Below, one piece after another: positions 1 through 13,131 of a stretch of DNA of 64,000 nucleotides. The notes below the pieces were generated by a model. It made no database searches and was not told the DNA's origin. It saw only the letters and a list, made by a program, of their open reading frames with translations. The position numbers and the translations under genes are program-made. Numbering within the stretch: position 1 is the stretch's first letter; every line of letters starts with the position of its first letter. The stretch is from Octopus vulgaris (lineage: Eukaryota): positions 33,232,001 through 33,296,000 of the forward strand of contig OX597815.1 in assembly GCA_951406725.2 (NCBI GenBank). Direction: 5' to 3'.

Positions 1-1495
1 CGTAAAAAAACGTGACAATAAATATCATTGAATAAAACATTTTATCTCATAAGACATCATTTTTTACACTACTTTTTCTGCTGACTTTCCATTGCCAAAG
101 CTTCTAAATATATCTATACACTCACTGTTTACTTTATTTTTTCTTGTGCATTTGTCATGCATGAAAATACAAGTTAAGTAAAAGCCGGCATAGTTCTAAT
201 GAGAATTTCTATATCTTGGCAAATTCTTTGGCCTCGATCTAAACTAGAAAGTTGCAATGCAATCTATTTAGTTTCTTTTTCCAACAAATCATCCGTAAAA
301 CTCATAATTTGATGTTTTAATCACTTTATAATCTTTTTTTTTTCTCGAGTTCCAGTTTTGCTATAATTTTACCGCTGTGTACGCCAAAACATTACTCACC
401 AGGAAATACTTAGTTAAGTTTTTCTTTTGTTAATGTTTTCTTGCCGATTCTATCGGGGGATTTGTGTGAAGATGATACGCAAATTGATATTCCAGAAGAG
501 CAGAAGTAATTGCGTTAGCAAAGAAAATAGCGAGAAAGAAAGCAATACTTTAATTTTTTATCAGGTCGAATCTAATCAAAGGTCAGTACAACTGGATAAG
601 ATCTTAAAATAATAAAACACTATAAATGGTGTATTTTAGTTAACAGTAGTTTGGGAACCAATATACCAGTCAGGAATTTCCAGTAAAACCTGAGGTTTTT
701 AGTCAATTCAGTAGCATAAGGGTATATCACTGGAAATTTTAGCAATTAATCTGATGAAATCGGGTAAAATCTGATTTAATTTGAACTAATTCCTGCAAGT
801 CTTCAAGTTAATGAAACTATTTGTCATTTATATAATGTTAGCCCTAAATACATATGTGAGCTGTTAGTTATTGATAGCTAAGTGCTTTAAAAATACGTTT
901 TGGTTACCGATGCAAGTAGTCCTCCAGACTGACATATATAGCAACCAAGTTTCACACGAACTGTATCTACCGTTTACGAAATGAATAACATTACATAACT
1001 GCTATTTTTAATATGCTATGCTTGAAAGAAGACGGAGAGGTTATAGCCGGAATATCTTTAACTATTGGTTTCCTTCACAAGAGTTGATCAAGGTGCTAAG
1101 CAATAAGCCGTTTCAGATCAGAAATTCCTAACAATATGACTAGCAGCTACCTTTGTAAATATTCAACGAAAATGCACATATCAAAACTGCATCAAATCTT
1201 AGAGTTTTAGAAAAGCTGTAAGATGGAGTGGCTTTCAAATATTACCTAAGTGCGTTGGTATATTTTTTGTATGCACTTGGGAAAAGATGATAGAATTACA
1301 GTTTCTTATTTTCACGATCCCGCCGATCTCAAACTTCGTTCTTTTGTAGAAAATTATCATTTTATACTTTAGATCTTTAGAAAGTTGTTACAAAAGTTGG
1401 AGAACATCTTAGAATTACTATACAAAATTTAATTTAGAGTAAGCCGCTTTGAGTACTACGTTAACTACGTTTTTAGCCAAGGCTATTATATTAGT

Positions 1496-1745
1496 GGAGG
1501 CGCGTGGCTTAGTGGTTAGGGTGTCAGCATCATGATCGTAAGATTGTGGTTTCGATTCCTGGACCGGGCGACGCGTTGTGTTCTTGAGCAAAACACTTCA
1601 TTTCACGTTGCTCCAGTCCACTCAGCTGGTAAAAATGAGCAACGCTGCGATGGACTGGTGTCCCGTCCAGCTGGGGAACACAAACGCCATTGAAGCCGGG
1701 AAACCGGGCCCATGAGCCTGGCTAGGTTTTAAAAGGGCGCATTTA
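1496..1745 (+). mobile_element. tRNA-derived SINE
   Basis: A box TGGCTTAGTGG, B box GTTTCGATTCC, central TTGTGTTCTTGAGCAAAACACTT and GCGATGGACTGGTGTCCCGTCCAG motifs, TTTA/TTA tail. Confidence 0.8.
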
Positions 1746-3339
1746 TTTATTATTATTTATATTATAATCACATTTCAATCTATACATCTATGTGTTCACA
1801 AATATGAAAAGAACTTGTATGTTTCTCAGACAACATGTTAATACTGAATGCAATGTGCTCAGCAATATGAACATAGTGGTAACAAACTACAACTTGGTAT
1901 AAACTTTTTAACGTCTGTGTCTTTTAATAAAATTCTAACATATCTAATTAAATGTACAGTGATTTATGTTGCCGAAATACAAGCATTCAAACATAACCGG
2001 CTCTATTATTTCATAATTAAGGCATCATTGTGTTTGAATTTATCCTCGTAAATCACGTCTTGCGAAATATTGAATTAAAGGGAAACTTAACTGCGAAGTT
2101 GTAAATGTGACATGACAGTTCTACGTTTCTCGTCACCTGAGAATTAATTCTGTGACCTTCTGCAGGATGAAATTTATCTACTTCGGCATATATCTACGAA
2201 GCAAAGTACTTAGAATTAAATGTCATTATCGGTGATAGCGCGAAACGTGTGATAAAGTCATGAAGCCAAGGATCACCTGAATTAATTCCAATATTTTCAT
2301 TCAATATTCAGTATTTCCATTTCACCGAAAGCAGTTGAGTGTGCGTATGTAGATGGATGTGAGAATGCATGTATTTGTAAGCGGGTATGTGTCTTGTGCA
2401 TGCGTGAGCACATGTGTTATAAATACGAATTATCATTCGATATTCGAAGACATTTTTAAAACACATTCTCAAATACTGAAAAGCAAATGTTCTGAATAAC
2501 ATAAAAAAAAAAATTAGGTCAATTGAAATTCGCATCTAAGTTGGAGAAGGAAATTTAAAACCTATATGCAATTGTTAACAACTCTCTAACGAAAGTTGGG
2601 ATAATTGTTAGAAATTTCAAAGAAAATTATGTTCATAGTATTCGCATGAGCGCGCATGTCCATACCTACACATGCGCGCCCGCACACCCACGTACATGCG
2701 CCTATAAGTATACACTCATCTACCCTCGCTTGAAACACACATTCTCACCCACACCATTCGCCAAAAAAATATACATCTACAATCCCTCACACACACGCAC
2801 CAAAAAGGTTCGTACACACGTCCATATACGCACATACACGTATGCACGCACACACACGTCTATATACGCGCATATCCACACATGTCTATGTACGCACACA
2901 CACATATACGCGCGCGCACACAAAAAAGTTCATACACACATACACAAGAAAAAACAAGGCTAAAGGCAAAATAAAGGAAAATGTGTAAAAAATGTATAAA
3001 AAACATTGAGTAAAACACGTCTATATACGCACATACTCGCATGCACGCACACACACACACACATCTATATACGCACATACCCGCACACACGCACGCATCC
3101 ACACGCGTGCACACAAAATTCCATATACACGTCTATATTCGCACAGGGAAAATGCTGGGTGGAAGGTAGAATACAGAAAAATTATGTGTTAGACATATAT
3201 GAGCAATAAACCTATAAAACAAATTCTCTACAAATATGTAAAAATATATGTATAAAAAATATATAAAAATATATAAGAAATATAAATAAAAGGTATAAAG
3301 AGATAAAAAGCTTGTACGTGGACACAATATAGAAAGCAA

Positions 3340-5480
3340 GTCCTATCTGTAATCTTGGAGGGACCAAAAACGTAACAAATATTTAGCTACACATGGTCAT
3401 GATCCGAAAAGTTCAGTTATTGAATTCAGACATGTAGCGAGGTCTAAGCTGCTTTTCCAGATGAGCCTTCTTTCAATATCACAAACACCGTACTTTCCAC
3501 TGCCGTTGGTGTAGGGCTTACACTTGGCTAAGATCTTCCAATGGATATTGTAACTGACACCTTTATCTTTTAAGGACCATATATGACTGGATAATTTGGT
3601 CGTTTACCTTTTATCCCAGTGCCTGAAGCTCAAGGTGTGGTTATTGAACCTGGCCTTGAAATTACCCTCCGTAACGCCGAGGTATTTCTTTGTCGAAACC
3701 TTGTCCTTAGTGGATTAGAGTCCACAGTGGTTTCATAAATGATGGTCTCGGACATGCAAGCTCCATTTAGCGGGCACAAATTTTTATCTCTGCATGAACA
3801 GCTGGTTTCGTATTGTGGTTTTTGTGTGTTGTGCGCAATTATATTTATAAAATTAGTAGTTGAGCTGAAACGGATTTTTAAGTTATGTCTATTGAACAGC
3901 TTTCTGTAAGAATGGTTGACTGGAAAATGTATATCCATTAGTGCTAAGAAATACTTGCCTATATTGAAGGTCACTTCGGGTGAGAAGGGGGTGTGAACCT
4001 CTTCTTTATTATTGGACTGGTGGCAGGTGTATAGGTTATTTCCTCGCTAAATCCACTATCTTTTAGAGCTTTATTATATACTAGGGCAACGCTATTAAAA
4101 GTGTCCCTATCGGAGGAGAGGCTAGAGATTCTTTTGCTAATGTTTTTAACTAAATTTTTAAACACTATGTGGGGATGGCAGGAACACACATTAATATAAC
4201 TAAGTCTATGGTTGGGCTTCCTATAAGGCTTATAAATGTTTATATTTAGATCTAAGGACACATCTAGGAAATTGACAACCGTCAGGTTGGTGTCTGTAGT
4301 TATGCTAAGTCCGAAGGTTTCCACCAAATGTATAATGTCCTTCCTAAACCGATCCTGTACTGTTCCATTGGTATTTGCAGTTAAGGCGAGGGCATCATCT
4401 TTGTAAATGGCGAAGTATACGCCAGGAAAGGTTTTGCCCAACGTGTCGAGTAGGAATAGCCCAATAAGATCGCATATGCTTGCTTGCTCCATCATATGAC
4501 CCCATGCTCACATCGAAAGTACCCTCTGTATCGGTAGTCTTGACCCACTCTGCGTTACGATTATGTCCTTATCCTGTGTACTGATTTCTATGAATTCGCT
4601 TGCGAAGGTGGGGGCTTTATCTAGCAGTTCCTTAGAGATAGAGGCATAAAAATCGATAATATCGAATTGCGTGAATCTAGCTTTATTCTTATTCTTAATG
4701 GCTTTAAACCAGTCAACGACTTCTATACTATTGGAGCATTGTACTAACCTAGTGGCAGTCCTGATTTTCGCATTGATTTTTCCTTAAATTTCTTTACTAC
4801 TAATGCCAAGTTCTGATTTAGCTTTGTTAGTAAGCCTACATTTAGGATTAGATAGGAAGTTCTTTTTATGGTCTTTGATAGTTATAAAGGCTTCTTTTGG
4901 GGGAAGGACCTCTATTTTTTTATCTAATTTAAGTCTGGCGGCGATAATGCTAGCTTCTTTATTAATTTCGTTATAGGTTTGTGGCCTTGGTGTAATTATT
5001 GATGATGCTGTTGTGTAGAAGTCGTGAATATGTGCTGTTTTCTACTAGGTACAAGTTCTTGGTTTTATCGTAAAACAGTGCCATTTTTTTGGAACTTTTT
5101 ATGTAATTTATATCTTTTTTCAGTTTCTGTTGGAAAGTGTTAAAAGACTTATGGAATTTTATTTTATTTTGTTTATGAGTTCTCCTTGGCATGTTGTTCT
5201 TGTTAGTTGTACAAAGGTACACTGACAGAGAGTAGGATAAGTTTGGGGTTATAACGCATTCGCCGGTTACAACCCCAAGCTTATCCTACCCTCTGTCAGT
5301 GTACAGCTAGCCAGAACAACATGCCAAGGAGAACTCAGTTTATCGATTGGAATATCATTTTCTACACCAAGTACCTGAAGTGACACAGCCTGCACTGATT
5401 GATGCAACACAACTAGATGCACAATATCCTACCTCTATGAGACAGATGCAGGATGGGTCGAAACGATCGTTGTGCTGAAT
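3340..5480 (-). mobile_element. Decayed Penelope-like retroelement (probably Naiad clade): RT plus C-terminal GIY-YIG
   Basis: Minus-strand fragments NPKCRLTNKAKSELG, CDLIGLFLL, IYKDDAL, FLDV, CSCRDKNLCPLNGAC..IIYETTV, KLSSHIWSLKDKG; frameshifts and stops; 5' fold-back at 5176-5337 and HHR-like motif at 5370-5476. Clade assignment is inferred from motifs. Confidence 0.85.
5370..5476 (+). ncRNA. Type I hammerhead-like motif (variant core CUGAAGU, long stem II)
   Basis: AGTAC-CTGAAGT-GACACAGCCTGCA...TGCAGGATGGGTC-GAAAC-GATC-GTT-GTGCT. Confidence 0.6.
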
Positions 5481-5659
5481 AAAGATTCGTACTAAATCCA
5501 TCTTTCGCTTCCTTTATCAATTATAAACTCAACAAACATTGCGGATTTCCTGACGTAGACCCAGTGAAAATTATATCGTTACTGTGGATGGCATCATGTA
5601 GCTCAAACGGTGTATGTGCTTTAATTGACATATTAATAGACATATAGGCCAGACAAAAT

Positions 5660-5790
5660 ATTTATGGCATGCTGTCCGTCTTCTAGGTTCAAATTACCCC
5701 GGGGTCGACTTTGCCTTTCATACTTTCGGGGTCGATAAATTAAGTGCCTGTTGAGCACTGGGGTCAATGCCCGGTGCCAAAATTTGAAGC
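5660..5790 (+). mobile_element. SINE fragment (Nin-domain type)
   Basis: GGTCGACTTTGCCTTTCATACTTTCGGGGTCGATAAATTAAGT core shared with 6204, 21030, 41000 and 44690 copies. Confidence 0.75.
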
Positions 5791-6203
5791 GAATATAAAT
5801 TATACAATCAAATATGCATCCATATACTTGTACAGACTACGCAGATCAAAGTCATAGTTCTATATATAGCGTAATTTATGTGCTTCCTTTTTTTTCTATT
5901 CCAGAACGCTGTCACACACTGCTCTGCAATTAACTGAAGACAACGGAGGCAGTAATTATTGCATTAAATTACCTGTCTTTACAATTCTGTTGTCATCAGA
6001 GACAGTGTTGCTTAGATATGTAAATGAAGCTATTCATTAATCATTTATGTATGCAGAAGGCAATCATTTGCTGACATTTCTATTGGTTTAGAGCGATTTT
6101 ATTTCTCTGAAAATACCGATTAAGATTTGTAAATGATTTGTTTCCGAGACCCTGCAGTCAAATGTTATGCACCTGTTATTGTATCATTTATTTATTCGTG
6201 TCA

Positions 6204-6415
6204 AGGCGAGGAATTGGCAGAATCGTTAGCACCTCAGACAAAATGCTTAGTGACGTTTCTAATGGTTGTTTACGTTCTCAGTTCCAAACCCATCGAGGTT
6301 AACTTTGCTTTCATTCATTCAGAGTCGATAAAATAAAGTACCAGTCAAGTACTGAGGTCGATTAAATCGACTAACTCGTCTCCCTAAAACTTTTGGCTTT
6401 GTGTTAAAATTTGAA
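6204..6415 (+). mobile_element. SINE (Nin-domain type), diverged
   Basis: TGGCAGAATCGTTAG head, GAGGTTAACTTTGCTTTC...GTCGATAAAATAAAGTACCAG core. Confidence 0.75.
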
Positions 6416-7167
6416 GGAGTTATATATAAGTCTTTTTTATTTGATCAACCCGGTACTGATAGCCTTATTCGTAGCTACAAAACCGATACTTAAGGACCGC
6501 TTGATGACGTTTATTCCAATAAATTTCAGATTGGATTCTTGAATTTTACATGCCCCACCAAGAAAATAATGGATTTAGAGGAGAAAAGTTAAGGAAAGTA
6601 TGGTTGATTGAAGAGAGATAGACGTATAAAGGACACAGGAAGTGTAATGATATATAGTAAGTTCTAAGGAGATCATGTTGTAGGAACCGATGGGGATAAA
6701 GAAAGTGTAAGCAGTCTACTGATATGTAAGTAGCTGGCGAATAAAGGATTGCCTATAAGGCAGAGAGCTAACATTTGAGAGAGCTAACATTCTGACACTT
6801 TCAAGAATGCTTGTATGAGATTCTCTAGTACTCGTATAAGGATGCTTGTGTCAACAACTAGCATGTCAACCATGAAGAATATCTAAGTAAAGAAATTAAA
6901 AAAATGTGAAATCGTTAATGAACAAAAGTGACAGTTAACATTAACGTTTCTTATTTTGTTTTGTTTTTGTATTGAATAATTCTGTAGTCTTTTTTTTAAT
7001 CAAGTGAATTTTTCTCTCTACTAGAATGTTCTATTTAATTTCCATAAGTAGTTTGTTTTATCGTCAATGCAATACATAAAATGAATATCGTGCTACTGCA
7101 ACGTTGTGCCTTTCTGACCTGGGTTTTATTATCTTTTCTCCTATTCATTTTTATTTTTCTTGTATCT

Positions 7168-7578
7168 TTAACTTGTTTCAGTCATTGGACTGCAGTCATA
7201 TAAGAGCAGCTCTCTGGAGGGTTTAATTGGACAAGTCTGTCCAAATTCTAATTTTTGTAAATCTGATACTTATTCTATCGAGCGCTTTTGCCGAACCACT
7301 AAAGTACAGATATGCAAACAAACTAACATCAGTTATCATGCGATGGGGCGGACAAACAGATAGACACCCCGCCACACACACACACACACGTGTATGTGTG
7401 CTTGTGTGAGTGTTTATACAACGAGCTTCCACACATTTTCCGAGTACTAAATTCACTGACAAGGCTTCTGTCGGCTTGGGGTTATAGAACAAGTACTTAC
7501 CTAGGGATGATGCGCAGTGGGACAGGAACTGAAACAACATGGTTACAAAACGAGGTTCTTAACAACACAGCCAGGTCT
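7168..7578 (-). mobile_element. Octopus-type tRNA-derived SINE with internal microsatellite, diverged
   Basis: Homologous to 21562-21966, 38003-38452 and 43027-43500. Confidence 0.75.
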
Positions 7579-7581
7579 GCG

Positions 7582-7656
<75 letters not shown>

Positions 7657-7774
7657 AATCAAGGAACGGCCATAATAGGCCATTCACCCACTAGAAATAA
7701 CAGCCAAAAGCTTTAACCGCAAAATAACATCAATTCCGTAAACCAGGAGAAAATTAAAAAACATTTACCCTGTA

Positions 7775-7881
7775 ATTTCTTAGACGATGCACCGTTTCAT
7801 CTACTGTTTAATGGTAAACTAACCTGATTAAATTAAATCAAGCCAATCTACCATAGGCCCTTAGATTCATCAGTAAGAAAT
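7775..7881 (-). ncRNA. Type I hammerhead ribozyme
   Basis: Reverse complement of the 8189-8295 motif. Confidence 0.85.
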
Positions 7882-8188
7882 AGCCAAGTCGGAACAGATA
7901 TTTTTCACGAGGCATTCCCGTTGCTACCTCGGCAATATCTGACCTAAAATTTTCAAATCGTCGCACTCGCGCCAAATTTATCGGCAGCAAATAAATATAA
8001 GCCGCCGATTCCATTACGGAATTAACCAGAAAATTCATAATTAATCAATTCCGTAATGGAATCGGCGGCTTATATTTATTTGCTGCCGATAAATTTGGCG
8101 CGAGTGCGACGATTTGAAAATTTTAGGTCAGATATTGCCGAGGTAGCAACGGGAATGCCTCGTGAAAAATATCTGTTCCGACTTGGCT

Positions 8189-8295
8189 ATTTCTTACTGA
8201 TGAATCTAAGGGCCTATGGTAGATTGGCTTGATTTAATTTAATCAGGTTAGTTTACCATTAAACAGTAGATGAAACGGTGCATCGTCTAAGAAAT
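8189..8295 (+). ncRNA. Type I hammerhead ribozyme
   Basis: Stem I ATTTCTTA/TAAGAAAT; core CTGATGA; stem II ATCTA/TAGAT with long insert; GAAAC-GG-TGCA-TC-GTC (GUC cleavage after 8287). Confidence 0.88.
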
Positions 8296-8679
8296 TACAG
8301 GGTAAATGTTTTTTAATTTTCTCCTGGTTTACGGAATTGATGTTATTTTGCGGTTAAAGCTTTTGGCTGTTATTTCTAGTGGGTGAATGGCCTATTATGG
8401 CCGTTCCTTGATTGTGATGTTGAACTTAAAAATGGTTTATGACTATTTAATTTTTTCACACTAGGCCGCTGGTGGCAAAAGAATTCTACAAAAATTTTTT
8501 TGCCACCCTATATTGATTAATTATGAATTTTCTGGTTAATTCCGTAATGGAATCGGCGGCTTATATTTATTTGCTGCCGATAAATTTGGCGCGAGTGCGA
8601 CGATTTGAAAATTTTAGGTCAGATATTGCCGAGGTAGCAACGGGAATGCCTCGTGAAAAATATCTGTTCCGACTTGGCT

Positions 8680-8786
8680 ATTTCTTACTGATGAATCTAA
8701 GGGCCTATGGTAGATTGGCTTGATTTAATTTAATCAGGTTAGTTTACCATTAAACAGTAGATGAAACGGTGCATCGTCTAAGAAAT
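8680..8786 (+). ncRNA. Type I hammerhead ribozyme
   Basis: Identical to 8189-8295; predicted cleavage after 8778. Confidence 0.88.
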
Positions 8787-9007
8787 TACAGGGTAAATGT
8801 TTTTTAATTTTCTCCTGGTTTACGGAATTGATGTTATTTTGCGGTTAAAGCTTTTGGCTGTTATTTCTAGTGGGTGAATGGCCTATTATGGCCGTTCCTT
8901 GATTGTGATGTTGAACTTAAAAATGGTTTATGACTATTTAATTTTTTCCCACTAGGCCGCTGGTGGCAAAAGAATTCTACAAAATTTTTTTTGCCACCCT
9001 ATATTGA

Positions 9008-9085
<78 letters not shown>

Positions 9086-9095
9086 TGCATGTATG

Positions 9096-9137
<42 letters not shown>

Positions 9138-9506
9138 CGAGCAAAACGCCCCCCTGTCCAATGAACGGTGCTGAGTTGTCAAACATTTAAACCAAATTTT
9201 CCCAAAACAACTTGTCCGTCCGTCCCATAGGCCTTCCCTTTGAGAAACAGTGATTTAATCTAAATTTGAGACACCAGCAAAAGAAGAAATAAAGATTTTT
9301 TTTTTCTATTCCAAGAAAAATGATTTTACAAATGCCCGTTCCCACGGCTTTATCGATCGCATTCTCACCTGGAATCGATTTTTGCAATTATTTCAAGATT
9401 TATGCACGCCCTGATACCGTCGGTATCTACATATCAAATTTGAGCGCAATCGGATGGAAGATGCCTGAGATCTTAGAAGACACACACAGACAGACAGAAC
9501 GGATTT

Positions 9507-9515
<9 letters not shown>
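9138..9515 (-). mobile_element. Non-autonomous Helitron-like element
   Basis: Reverse-complement homolog of 39048-39623; 3' hairpin followed by CTCG|T. Confidence 0.6.
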
Positions 9516-9554
<39 letters not shown>

Positions 9555-9558
<4 letters not shown>

Positions 9559-9670
9559 GGGTAAGCACATAAATGTGAAACAAGGTGGAAAAAAGAGTAC
9601 TCAAATACCAGAGGTAGAGTAATATGCTGTTACTCAGAGTTTCACGTTCCCTTTCGTCGGACAGTTTTGT
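9555..9670 (-). mobile_element. Short repeat with degenerate HHR (9627-9664)
   Basis: Homolog of 38590-38740; rc reads CTGT-CCGACGA-AAGGGAACGT-GAAAC-TCTGA-GTA-ACAG. Confidence 0.6.
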
Positions 9671-11086
9671 TAAAATGGAACAGAAATAACGATATAATCA
9701 AAAACTAGTTAAAGGATACACCTTTAAAAATGGATTTGTTTCATTGGTCCTTTCAATTAAAGCTCTTAAACATGCAATGAACAAAATAAATAAATTCAAT
9801 ATAAATTCATCCTATTGTAAAATCGAAGAAAACTTTAAATTGAAGAGTAGATTCAAGATAAATATTGTAAATAATTATATACGAAATATAAGTCAATTAA
9901 TACACTAAAATTAACATTTTCACGCTGCATTACATAATTATTTTACAACAGTATATACCCATATATACTAGACCATCTATAATATACATATATACATCAA
10001 AATACACGGATGCATGTACATAGTTGCATACATATACAGACACATGTATGTGCGTAAAATCCATTACGGAAATCCAATGGCAATGACATTTTCTTCGGGA
10101 GAAAAGCTCATTGCCATTGGATTTCCTTAATAGATTTTACATTCACGAAGTGAAGCAACGTCTTTTGAAACGATCGTAGAATGGATTTGAATGGACTCTT
10201 TTCTGGTTACCGCTTTGCTCTATCTTTTTATATATTTATATTATTTTAGTTTAATTACCTTAAATTTTTAGTCGCTTTTATTGTGTATTAATTCAATCAA
10301 TATATTTTTCTTCATTCGAATAATTAAATAATATATTATATTTAATTATATATAATTATATATGAACTAAAAGCTAAAAGTATTATTTGTAGTTGTTTTA
10401 TGAAATAGTTTATAACAAAATATTATAGCATAGGTAGTAAAAGTTTTTTAAATTTTTTCTTTATATACTATTGAATTTAATAATATACTTTGTTTATTTT
10501 ATTAAAGAGTGAAATTTTAGTTTTAGACATAAATTAATTTACTTATATAATAAGTTTAAATTATTTGTGAATATATTGTTGAAATACATACAAAATATTA
10601 TTGCGGGGTTGTGGCTGCAACGTTGTTGATATTAGATATATTATAAGTCTATACATGTTTTGTGTAGAGTTTAGTACATAGTTAGTTTCTGATCAAATTA
10701 GATGTTTATTTTATTAATAAATTAATATATAACTTATTTAATCAATAAATATAGATGAAATTATAGTAATTTAGCTTAACTTAAGTATATGATTTATTTT
10801 AAGTATTTTTACTTTAAGTAATTAGACTCTTATATTTTTCCAGTAAAGATATACTATAGTTTGTTAATGTTATTCTCAGATAAAATACATTTTTCTATCT
10901 ATTTACTCTATTTTTTTATCTTAGGTTTTTAACATGATAAATGTATCATAGACACCTGGTCCTACTTTTTAAGTTTCAAATTAATTAACGGAGTTTCTTC
11001 TATAAGAAGAATCATGTTTTATTTCTTTAAGAAATATTGTTTAATTCTATTTGATTATTTATTTAACTATTATTGTTATTATTCTT

Positions 11087-11188
11087 GACCTGAGGAGTGA
11101 CTATACTTTTAAATTGAATTGTTTTTCAATTAAATTTAAATTTAATTGTAATTCGAATTGAAGTTATAGCCACGAAACGTACGTGGTC
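11087..11188 (+). ncRNA. Hammerhead-like motif (non-cleavable GUG triplet) in very AT-rich DNA
   Basis: GAC-CTGAGGA-GTGACTATA...TATAGCCAC-GAAAC-GTAC-GTG-GTC. Confidence 0.6.
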
Positions 11189-11411
11189 TTTTTACTTATT
11201 ATATATTGTTTATTCATTTTTTGTACTTTTTGTGATGTAGTTATGTTTTATAATATATTTTATTTTATCTATATGATATGGTTTATGTCTATCATTATTT
11301 GAATTACATAATAGTAGTTTTTCTATAATTTATATATATTATATATTTATATTGTGAAATTTGATTTAATACTAAATTGAATTTATCCCTGTAAGTTTGG
11401 AGTTATACTCC

Positions 11412-11474
<63 letters not shown>

Positions 11475-11480
<6 letters not shown>

Positions 11481-11745
11481 CTACAAAAAATCGGACAAGA
11501 ACGCAGAACATCCAGACAGATGATACAAAAAAAGGTACGAGAAAAAGTAAGGACGAGTCATTCGGAGTTTTTTCCTCAGTCTAATTCCAGATTATACTCT
11601 AGTTACAGTTATACTCGAGGTTGCTCCAATCTGGCCAGCCCCAAAGAAAACCTAAGCTAAGAGCACTAAATTCCTTGGAAAGAAAACAGTGAATGTATAC
11701 GAAAACAAGGACGGGAAACCGAAAAAATGGTACACAAATACAAAG
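11475..11745. mobile_element. Interspersed repeat, unclassified
   Basis: Shares GGACAAGAACGCA.AACATCC and TTGCTCCAATCTGGCCAGCCCCAA...CTAAGCTAAGAGCA with 35770-36060; the first motif also at 41430-41500. Confidence 0.7.
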
Positions 11746-12899
11746 CGTACGTACACTTTGGTCTCTTACATGAATATATGAATATATATATATATATATA
11801 TATATCAGTTTTTAATTTATATTTAGCCCTTTTTCCATGGTCAACTTTTCTAAGTTTCACATAAGTTATTTCGTCATGCAACATTCAATCCTGTTGAATT
11901 GATTGTTCTAATTTTTACGTAACATGTGTATTTGTACTCTCTGACTCTTAAGTAATCGAACCTATGGATTATTTTCTTCTTCAAACGTTTTAAACCGAGT
12001 TCTATTTCCCTGAGCATTATTATCGGAGCATGATTTCTAAGAAATTTAGTATTATTCCCTCTTTGTGTAACCTTTACAAACACCTAAGTATCTCAATTTT
12101 GATTTCTTTTCTCATTCACTACTCCACGGCATATCATGTCAGTATGACATTTTCCTGGTATATTTATTCCATTATTTGCTCCTTCGTGCTGATTCAGTTT
12201 TTCAATACGGACACAGGAAGGAAGGCAGATAATTATACTTTAATGGCAATTTCGACAATAATGCATTGAAGCAGCTACAAATCTCCATTTCTTTCACCTT
12301 TACTGAATTCTTTTTTCAAATTTCACTGTTTTAATGTTGCTTTTTTTATATTCGACTGATTACCCACTTTTTTTCTCCATAACAGTCGAGGAATAGGCAG
12401 GGGACAAATTTCTATTGTTTGAATAAAATATATAAACTTTCAACATCTAGTTCGATACTGTGTTGAATTTAATAATGTTCGTTCCATTTCTTATAAACAA
12501 ATATATCGAACATATTTCATACTTGTGATTTATTGTTGAAAAAAACTGGAAATACAGGAGACAAAAGGACAAAGTTATTGACTTCAGATTTAGAAACTCA
12601 GTGTAAACTAAACTATCCGTTGTGTGTTGCCCTTTGTAACACTTAAATCCATGAACACTAGTAACCAATTAGGTTGTCTAGAACTTAGAGAGCTATTACT
12701 GAAATGTTCTACTTTCTTTTGCGGTGTTTTGGTTTCTTATCTGAAATGATTTATAAGAATGTTACAACAATGCATTGCATTATCAGCCTCAAAATGTAAA
12801 AAGCAGACATTTTCTCGATAGGAAACCACGCCCGCACGCCTGCAAGTACACACACACACACACATTTCACATATAAGATAAGACAAAATGTGCTTCTAT

Positions 12900-13071
12900 A
12901 TTTAAGAGATGGGGAATTATGTACATTATTTACATTATTTAGATTTGACGGATATTTGTCCTCATCTTGTTTGTTGTTAACACAACATTTCGGCTGATAT
13001 ACCCTCCAGCCTTTATCAGGTATCTTGGGGAAATTTCGAACCTGGGTTCTCATTCCTAAGGTATTTTTTAA

Positions 13072-13131
<60 letters not shown>

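Larger units (their letters stand above)
7652..9013. mobile_element. Non-coding 491-bp HHR-containing repeat: one inverted partial copy plus two tandem copies (retrozyme or PLE pLTR-like)
   Basis: 8048-8522 and 8523-9013 are near-identical direct repeats (offset 491); 7652-8047 is their reverse complement; flanked by (TA)n on both sides. Confidence 0.85.

Noticed and set aside
3397-3399. In-frame TGA at a Cys-like position near the C-terminus of the Naiad-like ORF (possible selenocysteine, reported for some Naiads)
   Set aside because: The copy is full of stops and frameshifts, other Cys codons are normal, and no SECIS was recognised, so decay is the simpler explanation
5884-5957. Polypyrimidine tract plus CAG, possible small exon
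   Set aside because: Weak donor site, no recognisable peptide and no other exons found
7838-8723. Duplicated 66-aa ORF MNFLVNSV...
   Set aside because: Incidental frame inside the non-coding HHR repeat, with no protein motif
11820-12120. Possible PLE N-terminal remnant on the minus strand
   Set aside because: Only a faint EGII.NFL similarity, too degraded to call
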